Assembly: GCF_006345805.1 (NCBI RefSeq)
Contig: NC_043011.1
Span: 5,580,001 to 5,644,000 of the forward strand
Length of the DNA: 64,000 nucleotides
Direction of reading: 5' to 3'
Origin: Octopus sinensis
Taxonomy: Eukaryota
Below are positions 40,100-51,953 of the stretch, piece after piece. The first letter of the stretch is position 1. Every line of letters begins with the position of its first letter. The translations under genes and the position numbers were made by a program. The notes beneath the pieces were generated by a model. The model did not search any database. It worked only from the letters and a program-made list of their open reading frames with translations, and was not told the DNA's origin.

Positions 40100-40300
40100 T
40101 ACATATCACGCACATCATAAGCAGTTGTCCGAAAATGTCATCACAGTTTTATCTACCGATGAGACATGGTGTTGCAGCTAGGACACTCTATAATGAAATC
40201 CGTCGGAAGGATAATCCCGAGGACAAAGAAATAAAAACCCACAATCGAAGACTACAGATCCAATCCATCACTGGAACTGTCAAAATCTGTAAAACTTTCC
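40100..40300 (+). mobile_element. R4/Dong-like zinc-knuckle fragment
   Basis: THIISSCPKMSSQFYLPMRHGVAARTLY matches the CCHC region of RLE-type LINEs. Confidence 0.6.
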
Positions 40301-40539
40301 AGAAGTTTATCATTTAAACATACATGGGCATGTCTAGATATGCAACTATATGCATGAGAATACATACATAAAACAAAACATACAAATCTGCATGCATACA
40401 TACATTCATACATACATACATACATACATACATACATACATACATACATACATACATACATGCATGAATGCATGCATGCATACATACATACATACATACA
40501 AACATACATACATACATACATACATACATACATACATAC

Positions 40540-40806
40540 ACAGTATTCGTCACACGATTGTAAGGTCGTGAGTTCAGTTCCTGGCGATGCATTGTGTCCT
40601 TGAGCAAGACACTTTACATCACATTGCTCCATTCGGCTGTAATGTAGCAAGGGACCAGCTTTGTCGCATTCTGGATCTCTATGAGAACTGAGTTAAGGGT
40701 ACACGTGTCTGTGGAGTGCTCAGCCACCAGCACGTTGGTTTCATGTGAGGGTTGTTCCATTGATTGGACCAATTGGAACCCTCGTCGTCGTAACTGACGG
40801 AATGCC
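40540..40806 (+). mobile_element. SINE family 3
   Basis: Similar to 17737-18044. Confidence 0.75.
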
Positions 40807-40823
40807 AGTTTTATATATATCAG

Positions 40824-40930
<107 letters not shown>

Positions 40931-41058
40931 CGGGAAGCTTTATGAAAATAGACAAAAGACGAAGGCAGGTTTACGGAAATAAACAAAAGACGAAGGCAGG
41001 TGGAATACAAACAAACAATTGTATTAGTATGGCGCTCAGGAAATATAAATAAAACAAG

Positions 41059-41096
41059 TCTTTAACGTTTCGAGCCTACGCTCTTCAACAGAAAGA
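41059..41096 (-). ncRNA. Minimal hammerhead-like motif (A6U core variant) in a probable Penelope pLTR remnant
   Basis: Minus strand TCTTT-CTGTTGA-A-GAGC(GTAG)GCTC-GAAAC-GTT-AAAGA; the remnant runs on to (TA)n at ~40930. Confidence 0.5.
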
Positions 41097-41389
41097 TACA
41101 CAGAGAAGAAACACAGAAAGAAGGAGAGAAAAAAAAAGGCGTGCAGAGGCTAGCGAATCAACATGGCGATCTGATTTCGGCCAGAAGTCAAAGATCAAAC
41201 GTGAGACGCAAGAGCGAAATTAGGGGAGATAATAGGGTTAAATGACCTCGCTCCAACACAAGAGTGTGTGTGCGTGTATGAGAAGAGTGTGTGTGTGTGT
41301 ATGAGAGAGTATTAGTGCGTATGAGAGGTCTGGACGTGTGTATTTTTTATATGATGTGATGTGTAAAGTCGTATGGTGTAGTGTAGAGA

Positions 41390-41830
41390 GAGGAGATGAG
41401 GGAAGAGGGGGTAAGGGGGAGAGAGAGGGGAGGGGAGAAAGAAAGGGGAGAAGAGGGGAGAAGGAAAGGGGAGAAGAGGAGGGGAAGGGGGAGGAGGAAG
41501 GAGAGGAGAAGAGGAGGGGAGAGAAGGGGGAGAAGGAAGGAGAGGAGAAGAGGAGGGGAGAGGAGGGGAGAGGAGAAGAGGAGGGGAGAGGAGGAGGGAG
41601 GATAGAGAGAGAGGGGAGAGAGAGAGAAGGGGAGTGAGGGAGCAGAGAGAAAGAGGGAAGGGGAAGAGGGAAGAAGGAGGGAGGGAGAAAGGGAAGAAGG
41701 GAAGAGAAGTAGGGGTGAAAGGATGAAGGACTGAAGAGAAGTAGGGGTCGGGGGGAGGTTAGATGAGGAGGGGGAGAGGGGGTTAGATGAGGAGGGGGGA
41801 GAGGGGGAGTTAGATGAGGAGGGGGGAGAG
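41390..41830 (+). repeat. Polypurine GA-rich low-complexity tract
   Basis: Almost only G and A on the + strand, with short gggggagagggggttagatgagga-type repeats at the end. Confidence 0.95.
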
Positions 41831-42036
41831 TTGAGACCAAATGGCGTATAAGAGCGAAGAGAGAAGATTAATTCCTGTTCACGGCGCAAACGGGAATCCG
41901 GATGGCCTCTGTGCAAGGACAAACCGAACACAGGCAGGTGTTGCAAGGAGTGACCGGTGGAGCGGAAAAATGCATGTAAACACAACGTTTTCAAGGCGAT
42001 CCAAAATTAGTTGAATTCAAAGTGAACACATACGCA

Positions 42037-42073
<37 letters not shown>

Positions 42074-42076
<3 letters not shown>

Positions 42077-43080
42077 CACTTTGGATTTCACTAGTTTTGG
42101 ATCGCCATGAAAACGTTAACATGTATTTTCGGAAATATGGGTCGCACGGGCGCCTCAAAAGCGGAAGATCGCCCCGGGAAGACGATGAGCGATCTGGAAG
42201 ACCTGCCATGAGCGTCACCCCCGGAAATAGGGAGGAAATTCACCCGCTTGTGTTTAAGGATCGTCGAAGGACAATCAACGACATTGCTGACATTTTTGGT
42301 CTGTCGTATGGGTCCGTGCAGGCAATCCTCGCGTCTGGATTGAACATGCGGCGTGTCACTTCTACGTTTGTCCCTCACCTACTGACCATTGAGCAGAAAG
42401 AACGTCGAAGTCTGTCAAGATCTCCGTCGGCCTATCGCTGATGACCCCCGTCCTTCATGTCGACCATCATCCCAGGTGACGGGAGTTGGTCTACGAGTAC
42501 GACCCTGAGATGAAGCAGCAGTCGTCACAATGGAAGAGGTGTTCATCTCCACGATCGAAGAAGGCACAACAGAGCTGCAACTCAATCAAAAGCATGCTCC
42601 TCGTTTTTTTCCCCGACATCCGCGGTATTGTGCATCGAGAATTCTGCCACCCACCCACCTCCCCCGGGCCAGGCCGTCAATAGAGTGATCTAATGCGACG
42701 TTTTGTCGTGTTCGAGGGAGGACATTCGGCGAAAACGACCGGATTTGTGGAGCGCAAAGAATTGGATCCTTTACGACGACAGGGCACCCTGTCGCCAAGC
42801 CCTCCTCAATCGTCAGGGTCTTGTCAAAAGCAACATGATATTGCTTCAGCACCTGCCCTGTTCGTCAGATTTATCACCTTCGGACTTCCACCTCTTCCCC
42901 CAACATGAAAATGAAGCTGAAAGGTTGCCGTTTTAACATTGTTGTCGGGATCCAGAGCGAATCGTAGAAGGTCCTCTACTCGCTTATGGAAAACGACTTC
43001 CAGGCCGGATTCCAAAAGTGGCAGGAACGCTGGGACCCGTGGACCGCTGCGCAAGGCGACTATTTCGAAGGAGATGATGT
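42074..43080 (+). mobile_element. Decayed mariner (Tc1/mariner DD34D) transposase
   Basis: EDDERSGRP, DRRRTI, FVPHLLT, GD.SWVYEYDPE.KQQSSQW, WIL.DD.AP, SDLSPSDFHLFP and FQKWQERW..GDYFEG, spread across frameshifts. Confidence 0.9.
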
Positions 43081-44577
43081 TAATACTTAGGTAAATAGCC
43101 AGCTAGAAACGATGTTTCCTGGGGCTAAACAACAGTAACAATCGTCCTATTTAGGGCAGCCACATTATGTTAGCAAATAGTTTTTACTTTAAAGGACTGT
43201 TACTGAATATCTCTCTTTGAGAGATTTAGAAATGATAACGTTTCTTTTAATAGTTATCGCCAAGCTAATATGGCAGTCCATAAATATAGGTTGAAAGCTG
43301 CCGTTGATTAGCTCCGAGAGGCCATCGCCTCTAGCTAGCTATATGACACACGAACCTGTGTCCATTATAACCTTCGAACAGAGGGGGTCAGCCGCTTCCA
43401 CTTGCAGATCATTCGTAGTCTCCTTTAGAGAGACTTAGAAATAATATTTCTATTAATATTTCTTTTTTTATTATTATTATTATTATTATTAAACATAACT
43501 AGTTTGGGAACTTTTTGCCACCATCCTGGATGTGTCTGTGCGTCGCGCCGTGCATTTGTCGTCATAAATAACATTCTTTGTTACTTTTTTAATTTATTTT
43601 GAAGGAGGGATAGGTGTATTATCAAAATATCTGCTGTCACGTTGGTATTCATATTAACAAATTGTTCTGCCGGGGTCTTTTATTTATATATTTGTCGTTT
43701 TATTTTTAACGTACAGCAACAACAACAACAACAACAACAACAACAAGGATAATAGCACTAATAATACACTATCTGCAACAATAACTACAGGTGCCGAAAA
43801 TAGTCACTGAGTATGACAACAACAGCAACAACAAGGAAAACGATAGGTTACAAGACACATGAAACAACCCAAACGAAAATGTCAAGAAGCCAAGATGACG
43901 TCGTTCAGTGAAGCGTGAAAATGAGGTTGTAATCTCTGTTATTGTTCTTGTTTATTCTGTTATTGCTGTGGTTGTTGTTGTTGTTGTTTAGTTTGTTGTT
44001 GTTGTTGTGGATGTGGCTTAGTCTCAAGAACGGAACCTGCAGATCTACGGTCTACACTCCAACATGACGATCCTACATCTCTCCCTCGATGAATAAACCC
44101 AGAGCCTTACTGTTCGAGATGTTCTCTTTTTATCGTTATCTTTTACTAGTTTCGGTCATTAGACTGCGGCCATGCTGGGGCACCGCCTTGAAGGGTTTCA
44201 GTCGAAATCATTGACTGCAGTACTTCTATTTCTTCTTTTTTTCTTTTTTTTGTTACAAAAAAGAAAAAGAAAAAGTGTTTAGTACTTATTCTATCGGTGT
44301 CTTATGCAGAATAGCTGAGTTACGGAAACATAAACAAACCAACAGCGGTTGTCAAGCGGTACGGGGATGGTGGGACACAAAAATAAACAGACATATACAC
44401 CATAGACTTCCACACAGTTTCCATCTGCCAAATTTGCTCATAAGGCATTACTCGGCCCGGGACTATTGTAAAAGACACTTGCCTAAGGAGGCTGTGCAGT
44501 AGGACCGAACCTGAAACCACACAGTCATGCCTATATATATTTAAAACGGTAAGACGTCATTTGTAGCAAGCTTGGTT

Positions 44578-44746
44578 GCTAGGAGTGGCTGTGTGGTAAG
44601 TAGCTTGCTAACCAACCACATGGTTCCGGATTCAGTCCCACTGCGTGGCATCTTGGGCAAGTGTCTTCTGCTATAGCCCCGGGCCGACCAATGCCTTGTG
44701 AGTGGATTTGGTAGACGGAAACTGAAAGAAGCCTGTCGTATGTATG

Positions 44747-44779
<33 letters not shown>

Positions 44780-45010
44780 ATGTGTGTGTGTTTGTGTGTC
44801 TGTGTTTGTCCCCCTAGCATTGCTTGACAACCGATGCTGGTGTGTTTACGTCCCCGTCACTTAGCGGTTCGGCAAAAGAGACCGATAGAATAAGTACTGG
44901 GCTTACAAAGAATAAGTCCCGGGGTCGATTTGCTCGACTAAAGGCGGTGCTCCAGCATGGCCGCAGTCAAATGACTGAAACAAGTAAAAGAGTAAAAGAG
45001 AGTAGAGAGT
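44578..45010 (+). mobile_element. SINE family 1, full length with internal (TA)/(TG) microsatellite
   Basis: tRNA-like head, internal SSR and a tail ending in (agtaaaag)n; further copies at ~33720-34190 and ~44140-44520 (both -) and ~55640-55990 (+, degenerate). Confidence 0.9.
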
Positions 45011-45402
45011 TAAAGGGTTAAAGAGACCGAATGACAGAGTAAATGCTGTTTCGTTGAATCGCAAGCTGGAAGGTGTGGTGGGACGGTGACGCAAAACAGT
45101 ATCGATTTACATTGTCTGATACGGTGTGATGAACAGGATACCAGTTTATGATATCGTTTAACGTCATTTCAAGACCTACTGAAGCACAAACAAGTAAGGG
45201 TGTGACATTAACGCTTTTAGTGCCAGCGATGGAGGGCGAGTGCGGGGGGTTTCAACAGGCTATCGAAAAATAATCTGTTGACCAAAACACAATATTACGC
45301 AACGACTAGAGAGAGAGAGAGAGAGAGAGAGATACACCTGTTTGTTTTTGTACGGTTTTACATACACAGGCCCACGTACACACACAGAGACACATTTACA
45401 CA

Positions 45403-45448
<46 letters not shown>

Positions 45449-45471
45449 ATGATAAATCTCATATATATATA

Positions 45472-45604
45472 TGTAAATGTAATATGTGACAATTATTCGG
45501 TAGCCAAGATAAAACTCCGAGTTTCGGATGCCGAGGTGGAAATCCACGCCGCCATCTCTTCAATTATCTTGGCTACCGAATAATTGCCACATATTACATT
45601 TACA
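45472..45604 (-). ncRNA. Hammerhead-like core (C3U) enclosed by a 41-bp inverted repeat
   Basis: Minus strand ATAA-TTGAAGA-GATG..CATC-C-GAAAC-TCGGA-GTT-TTAT; arms 45472-45512 and 45564-45604 differ at one position. Confidence 0.45.
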
Positions 45605-45691
45605 GATAAATTCCTCTATTTACATAATATCGAGGTCTCTTTCATTCTTTTGTTGTCTTACCATTTTTATCAATATATATATATATATACA

Positions 45692-46625
45692 TGATGGCCG
45701 TCCACTCGTGACCGAGGAAGACCATTGCCGACCTTCAGGAACATTGTGCGCTCTAGGACTAACTTATATTTTGCATTTGCGGCTCTGTTGGTGGCTAATG
45801 AGCCCTGCTCTTGACAAGCAAACACGACTGCAAACATTGCAAACCAAGCTTTCCCCATTCACTATCCTAGCAACGCACTTTCGAGCAGCACGCTTAAGTT
45901 CTTCATACAGAATACATGCTCTCTCAAAAGTGTTAACCCCCTCCTTAACTTGCTTCCTTCATCTCTGGCGATGACAGGCATTGCTCTCCCAGTCAGTCAC
46001 CTGCTTATTACAGGCCTTTAATGAGGACTTAACACAGTCCTTAAATCGCAGCCTTGGTTTCTGCCCATATAGCATCTGCTTAAGTATTTTGCTATCCTTC
46101 ATTTAAAAATAAGTTGTCCAGTCCAACGCAACCGGTACTTGTGCACCATCGCCTCAAAACTCAGGATATCAGCTGTCCTCATGACCTGTGTCTCTGGAGT
46201 TTTTAAGGTTCAGCCAACATTCAGAATGTGTCTGAGACATCCCTGATGAAAGCGTTCAAGGACCCTTACATGACGTTTGTAAAGGGTCCATGTCTCACAT
46301 AAGTAAAGAAGCAATGTCAGTACACATGCACGGTGCACAGTAATTTTTGTTTGCTTTGTGATGCCATGCTGGGACCAGACACGAGACTGAAGAGACCGGA
46401 AGGAATCAGTTGCTCTCTGCAGCCTGGAGCAAGAACAGCTGAGTGTGCTGCCCAGGTAGACAAACTTGTCTACCACTTTCAAAATTGTTCCTTCAACCAA
46501 GATAGCTGGTTCCACATATGGATTTCCCGGTGCAGGCTGGAACAGTACAACAGTCTTGTCCAGGCTAATGCTGAGTCCAAATGCCTTGCAAGAAGCAGAA
46601 ATACGATCCATAAGTATTTGCATGC
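45692..46625 (-). mobile_element. RTE-clade LINE 3' portion, decayed
   Basis: FGLSISLDKTVVL..FVYLGSTLS..LLYLCETWTLY..LERFHQ, and C-terminal CNVCSRVCLSRAGLISH. Confidence 0.88.
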
Positions 46626-46769
46626 CATTTGCACTTTCAGAGACTCGTAAAGAAGGTGATTGTCAGCTTGAGGAAGTAGGAGGTAGATGCACCTTTTTTG
46701 GAAGGCGAGGCAGGAGGAGCTCAGAGAGGCTGGTGTTGGCTTTGCAGTTTGATCTGATATCCTTAAGAA

Positions 46770-48020
46770 GTTGGAAGAGCTTCCTGTTCCTATAAATGAA
46801 CGTCTAATGACTCTACGATTGCACCCGAAAGGTGGGCGGCTTGCTACTCTAATAAGTGCCTATGCACCTACTTTGACTAGTTATGATGAAGATAAAACTA
46901 TTTGTTATATCCAGCTGAGAACCATACTTAGGAAAATCCCCAATTCTGATAAAGTCATTGTGCTGAGGGATTTCAATGCAGGGTTGAAACAGACTGGCAA
47001 ACATGGAACTCTCTGGGACGTTTTGGTTTAGGGAAAATGAATAGCAATGGTCTTATGTTGCTGGAGTTTTGCGATAAACCTAGACTTTACATCGCAAGCA
47101 TTGATTTTATGCACAAAGATGTTCACACAACAATGTGGATGCATCCAAGGTCTAAAGTTTGACACTTGCTGGATTTTGTCATCATCCGCAAGCGTGACAT
47201 ATATGTCATTTGTAACATCAAGTCTTTTCATGGATCGGAATGCTAGACAGACCACAGTCTGGTACGAGCAAAGTTCCGGATGATCATTAGAGTGAAAGAG
47301 AGAAGAGGGCCAGTCGGTATTCCCCGGCGTCTGAATTTCCACAAGATATATGATCATCATCATCATTGTTCGACCGTGGTCGAGACAATGGAATTTACCA
47401 TGCTACGCCAGACTTCACGGTCCATCATGGCATTACGGAGGTCCTGTTGCTGGATGCCTGTATCCCTGGAGATTACATCAGGGTAGGAGAGTGTGCGCCC
47501 TCTGGCATTGCGAGTAGATGGCTTCCAGAGGAGGAAGCACATTAGATATATGATGCTGTGCTGAGGTAAGAGCTTCAGACTCGCTTGACCAGCATTGAAG
47601 ATACTAGAGTATGTGAAGATTTTCGAGACCAGATTCTTCAATGTGCTGCTAAAGCACTGGGATATGCTACTGCCAGACACAGAGACTGGTTTCATGAAAA
47701 TGATGCTGAAGTTCAGCGACTATTGGCTCTAAATCGCCATGCCCACAATGCATTGCTGCACAAAGGACATTCCGCTATGCAGCGAAAATCTAGCACTTGC
47801 CCACTATAGCAGTGTAAAATCACTGCTGCAGCGATCTCTCAGGAAGATGCAGAACACTTGGTGGGAGGATCTTGTACGTGATGTTCAGGCCGCTGCTGAT
47901 ACAAATGACAGCAAGAAGCTTTACCATCTTATAAAGCAAGATTATGGGCCTAAAGACTCCGCATCAGCTCCTTTGTTTTCCAAGGAGTCTTCTACTCTAT
48001 TTACTAAATCAACAGAAATC
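46770..48020 (+). mobile_element. RTE-clade LINE APE endonuclease and linker portion, decayed
   Basis: NERLMTLRL..LISAYAPT..VIVLRDFNA, ..RHRDWFHEND.. and ..NTWWED..VQAAADTND. Confidence 0.85.
47350..47598 (-). mobile_element. Nested 3' end of a different RTE-like LINE with (GAT)n tail
   Basis: LLWKPS..RGRTLSYPDVISRDTG..LRNAMMDREVWR, then tgatga repeats; it interrupts the + strand RTE. Confidence 0.7.
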
Positions 48021-48081
48021 ACATACATACATACATACATACATACATACATACATGCATGTATGTATGTATGTATGTATG

Positions 48082-48114
<33 letters not shown>

Positions 48115-48658
48115 GTGTATGTATATGCTAGTGTGTTTGGGTGGGTGTGTATGCTTGTACGCATGTATGTATGAATGTATATGCTAGTGTTTGAAAGTGT
48201 GTGTGTATGTAGCTATGTAGGCATGAATATATGTATGTATGTGTGTGTATGTATGTATGTATGTATGTATGTATGTATGTATGTAGGTAGGTAGGTAGGT
48301 AGGTACGTAGATAGGTACGTACGTACAGACAGACAGACATTGCACACACAAATCGATGATAGACAGTCGTCAGACAAGCATGATCGATAGCCTATGACCA
48401 GTCGAACTGTTAAAATGGAGACATAAGGCAGACGATTGTAGACAAATAGATGATAGATAGGAATACGATAACTAGGTAGGAGCCTGAAAAGAATTTCGAT
48501 ACATTAGCAATGAATAAATATATATTAAGTTGACTTTCGACGAGTGTTTCCCTACTATTTTTCAGTTATGGAATCTTTTGATTCTTATTTTACCCGAAAA
48601 GACCCTCATCATACCTGCTCAATGTTTTAAAAAATCTCATTGCATTTTTATATTATTT

Positions 48659-49056
48659 AACTAGCAGTATCGCCCGGCGTTGCTCGGGTTTGTAAGGGAA
48701 ATAACTATATAAGCATTTTTAGAGAGTTATAGCCAAAAAATAGCAAAAAAATGCATTAAAAATGGAAAAAAAATGACGGTAAATTTTTTTTAAATCGTTG
48801 ACTCATCGTAGACATTTTTAGAGAGTTACTTCCCTTATATAATAGCGAAAATGCATTAAAATGGAAAAAAAATGATGGTAAATTTTTTTTAAATCGTAGA
48901 CTCATCGTAGACGCGCGCTAATACCCAGAAGGGCTCGATATGAATCACGACTATAAGATACCCGGTTTTGGTTAAACTGCACCGCAAAATGTGGGAGTAG
49001 TTAGGAATCTAAATCGTAGGAGACAGACACACAACCTCTCTTTTATATATAAAGAT
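48659..49056. mobile_element. Helentron/HINE (DINE-1-like) non-autonomous element
   Basis: actagc..cccggcgttgctcggg short hairpin at one end, an internal ~110 bp direct repeat, and cttttatatataaagat at the other end; architecture recognised from memory. Confidence 0.55.
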
Positions 49057-49387
49057 ATCATTAGGAATCGTATTTAAGAAAATTATTGAAACACTTTGTG
49101 TTTTGTAGAAGCATAAACAATATATCGCAAATAAATTCTAACAACAAAATCTTGACTCCGGTTGAGAACCACTGCGTCAGAGAGACAAAAAGATGGCAAA
49201 ATAGACCCATTGGATATATAGAAGAAAGACAAACGATGGGTAAGGTGATGATAAATTGACAATGAGACTGGGAAAAAAAAACAAACATAATAATCAAGCC
49301 AGTGGTTATATAGAAGGACAGAAAGAAAGATGATCGACAGATGATCGACAATAGACAGACAAATAGATGACAAACGGACAAAATGAA

Positions 49388-49423
<36 letters not shown>

Positions 49424-49430
49424 TGTGTAT

Positions 49431-49652
49431 ACTCTTTTACTCTTTTACTTGTTTCAGTCACTTTGACTGCGGCCATGCTGGAGCACCGCCTTTCAGTCGA
49501 ACAAATCGACCCCAGGACTTATTCTTTGTAAGCCTAATACTTATTCTATCGGTCTCTTTCGCCGAAACGCTAAGTTACGGGAGTGTAAACACACCAGCAT
49601 CGGTTGTCGAGCGATGTTGAGGGGACAAGCATAGACACACATTGCAACAATA

Positions 49653-49718
<66 letters not shown>

Positions 49719-49895
49719 TATATATATACATATATACGGCGGGCTTCTTTCAGTTTCCGTCTACCAAATCCACTCACAAGGCTTTGGTCGACCCGAAGAT
49801 GTAATAGAAGACACTTGCCCAAGGTGCCACGCAATGAGACTGAAACCAGAACCATGTGGTTGGTAAGCAAGCTACTTACTACACAACCACTTCTA
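49431..49895 (-). mobile_element. SINE family 1
   Basis: Reverse-complement match to 44578-45010. Confidence 0.88.
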
Positions 49896-49938
49896 CTCCT
49901 ATATATATATATATCTATATCTATATATAATAATATAT

Positions 49939-49971
<33 letters not shown>

Positions 49972-50206
49972 GGTGATGTATGTGGGTGAGTGTTGTGTGT
50001 GGTGTGTGTGTGTGTGTGTGTGCACGTGTGTGTTGTGTGTGTGTGCACGTTGTGTGTGTGTGTGCGCGGGTGTATATATATATGTGTGTGTGTGGTGTGT
50101 GCACTGTGTGCGTGTATGTGTATGTGTGGTGTGCGCGCGCGTGTGTGTGTATGTGTGTGTGCACGTGTGTATATATGTTGTGTGTGTGCACTGTGTGCGG
50201 GTGTGT

Positions 50207-50237
<31 letters not shown>

Positions 50238-50285
50238 AGCATTGTGTACGTATGTATGTATTTACATGTGTATTTGTTTTTATAT

Positions 50286-50316
<31 letters not shown>

Positions 50317-50929
50317 GTGGGTGTGTGTATATGCATGGTATGTGTGTATATGTTAGTACTTTGTTTGTGTGTGTGTGCGGCATGTAGAGATATATTTGAG
50401 TGTGTACGCTATAGGTTTGTAATTTGTGTGGGGGGGTGAATTTTTTATATATATATATGTGTATGTGTATTGTGTGTATATGTGGTACATCTATGTATGT
50501 GTATGTAAACACTATTTATATGTATATGTGTATATATGTATATGCATTGTCTATATATATATATTATATGTATGTACTGCGTACGTATATTGCATGCATA
50601 TATTGTGTATGTATATTACTTACATGCTGTATGTGTGTATTGTTATGTGTGTATATATATGCTAGGTGTATTTGTGTGATATTTATATTATGTATGTATG
50701 TGTGTGTGTGGTGTGGTGTGTGTGTGAGTGTGTGTGTGGGTGTTGTGTGTTGTGTGTGTATGTGTGTTATATATCTGTGTATGTTATATATAGATACATA
50801 TTATATTTGTGTGCTGTGTGTATATGTGATATATGTGGGTGCGTTGTGTGTGGTGTGTGTGTTCTGTGTGTGTGTGTGTGTTGTTTGTATGTGGTGTGTG
50901 TTTGTTTACTATGTGTGGTGTGTTGTGTG

Positions 50930-50974
<45 letters not shown>

Positions 50975-50975
50975 T
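49895..50975. repeat. Degenerate (TA)/(TG) low-complexity tract
   Basis: Seen directly; it explains the C/V/Y- and H/T-rich ORFs. Confidence 0.95.
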
Positions 50976-51676
50976 GACAAACAGACGCTATCTGACCAGC
51001 GGGCACGGACACATCTATTCAACCCGCATACTAACCTCCTGATACCCCCCAAAATCATTCATGCATAAAGGGGAAGTATACACCACATTGGCTACTTCCT
51101 CTGTTCTCTCAGTTCAGCCTTTCTGCTAATACCGACAGGTCAGTAAAAAACATATTCTCGCCTTGTACTTAAAATATTCTGAGATGTATAAAAAATCCAT
51201 TTTAATTTTTGCTGTCAAAAGGCTGTATATATATACCAAAGATTGTATATATAACATGTAATGTGACAATTTGCGACAACCAATAATTAACGCAACCAAT
51301 TCCCAATAATATATTTGTTTTATCCTTTTCTGCCAAATTTTCCCAAATATTCTCATCACACTATTGAACTTCTCTGTTACCAAACACTATATTTATACAT
51401 GTAATGTGACATTATGTATAAAAAAACATTTTTGAATTCATAATATCCAATGTGACAATTATGTAAAAACTTTTTTGAATGCATAATATTCAATGTGACA
51501 ATTATGTAAAAACTTTTTTTGAACCCATATTATTCAATGTTTCCTTAAATGTAACTTTTGACAATCTTTTACCAAAGAGTGAAACCGGTAAGTAAATAAA
51601 CATCGTTTAAATTGCATTTTCAAACCTTCTTTCTTATATAATCCCACTCGTGCGATACCCCACACTCAACTTTTAT

Positions 51677-51747
<71 letters not shown>

Positions 51748-51920
51748 TATATTAATATATAATATATATTATATATATATATATATGGACATTTCCTAGA
51801 CTGTTTTTCTTCTGAAGGTGGGTGTTTGCGCCTGAAATATAAAAATTTTATAAAGCTACCCGCATTGTCAGAAACTTTCTATTTTATCTCTTTTTACCTT
51901 CGATACACACACACACCACA

Positions 51921-51953
<33 letters not shown>

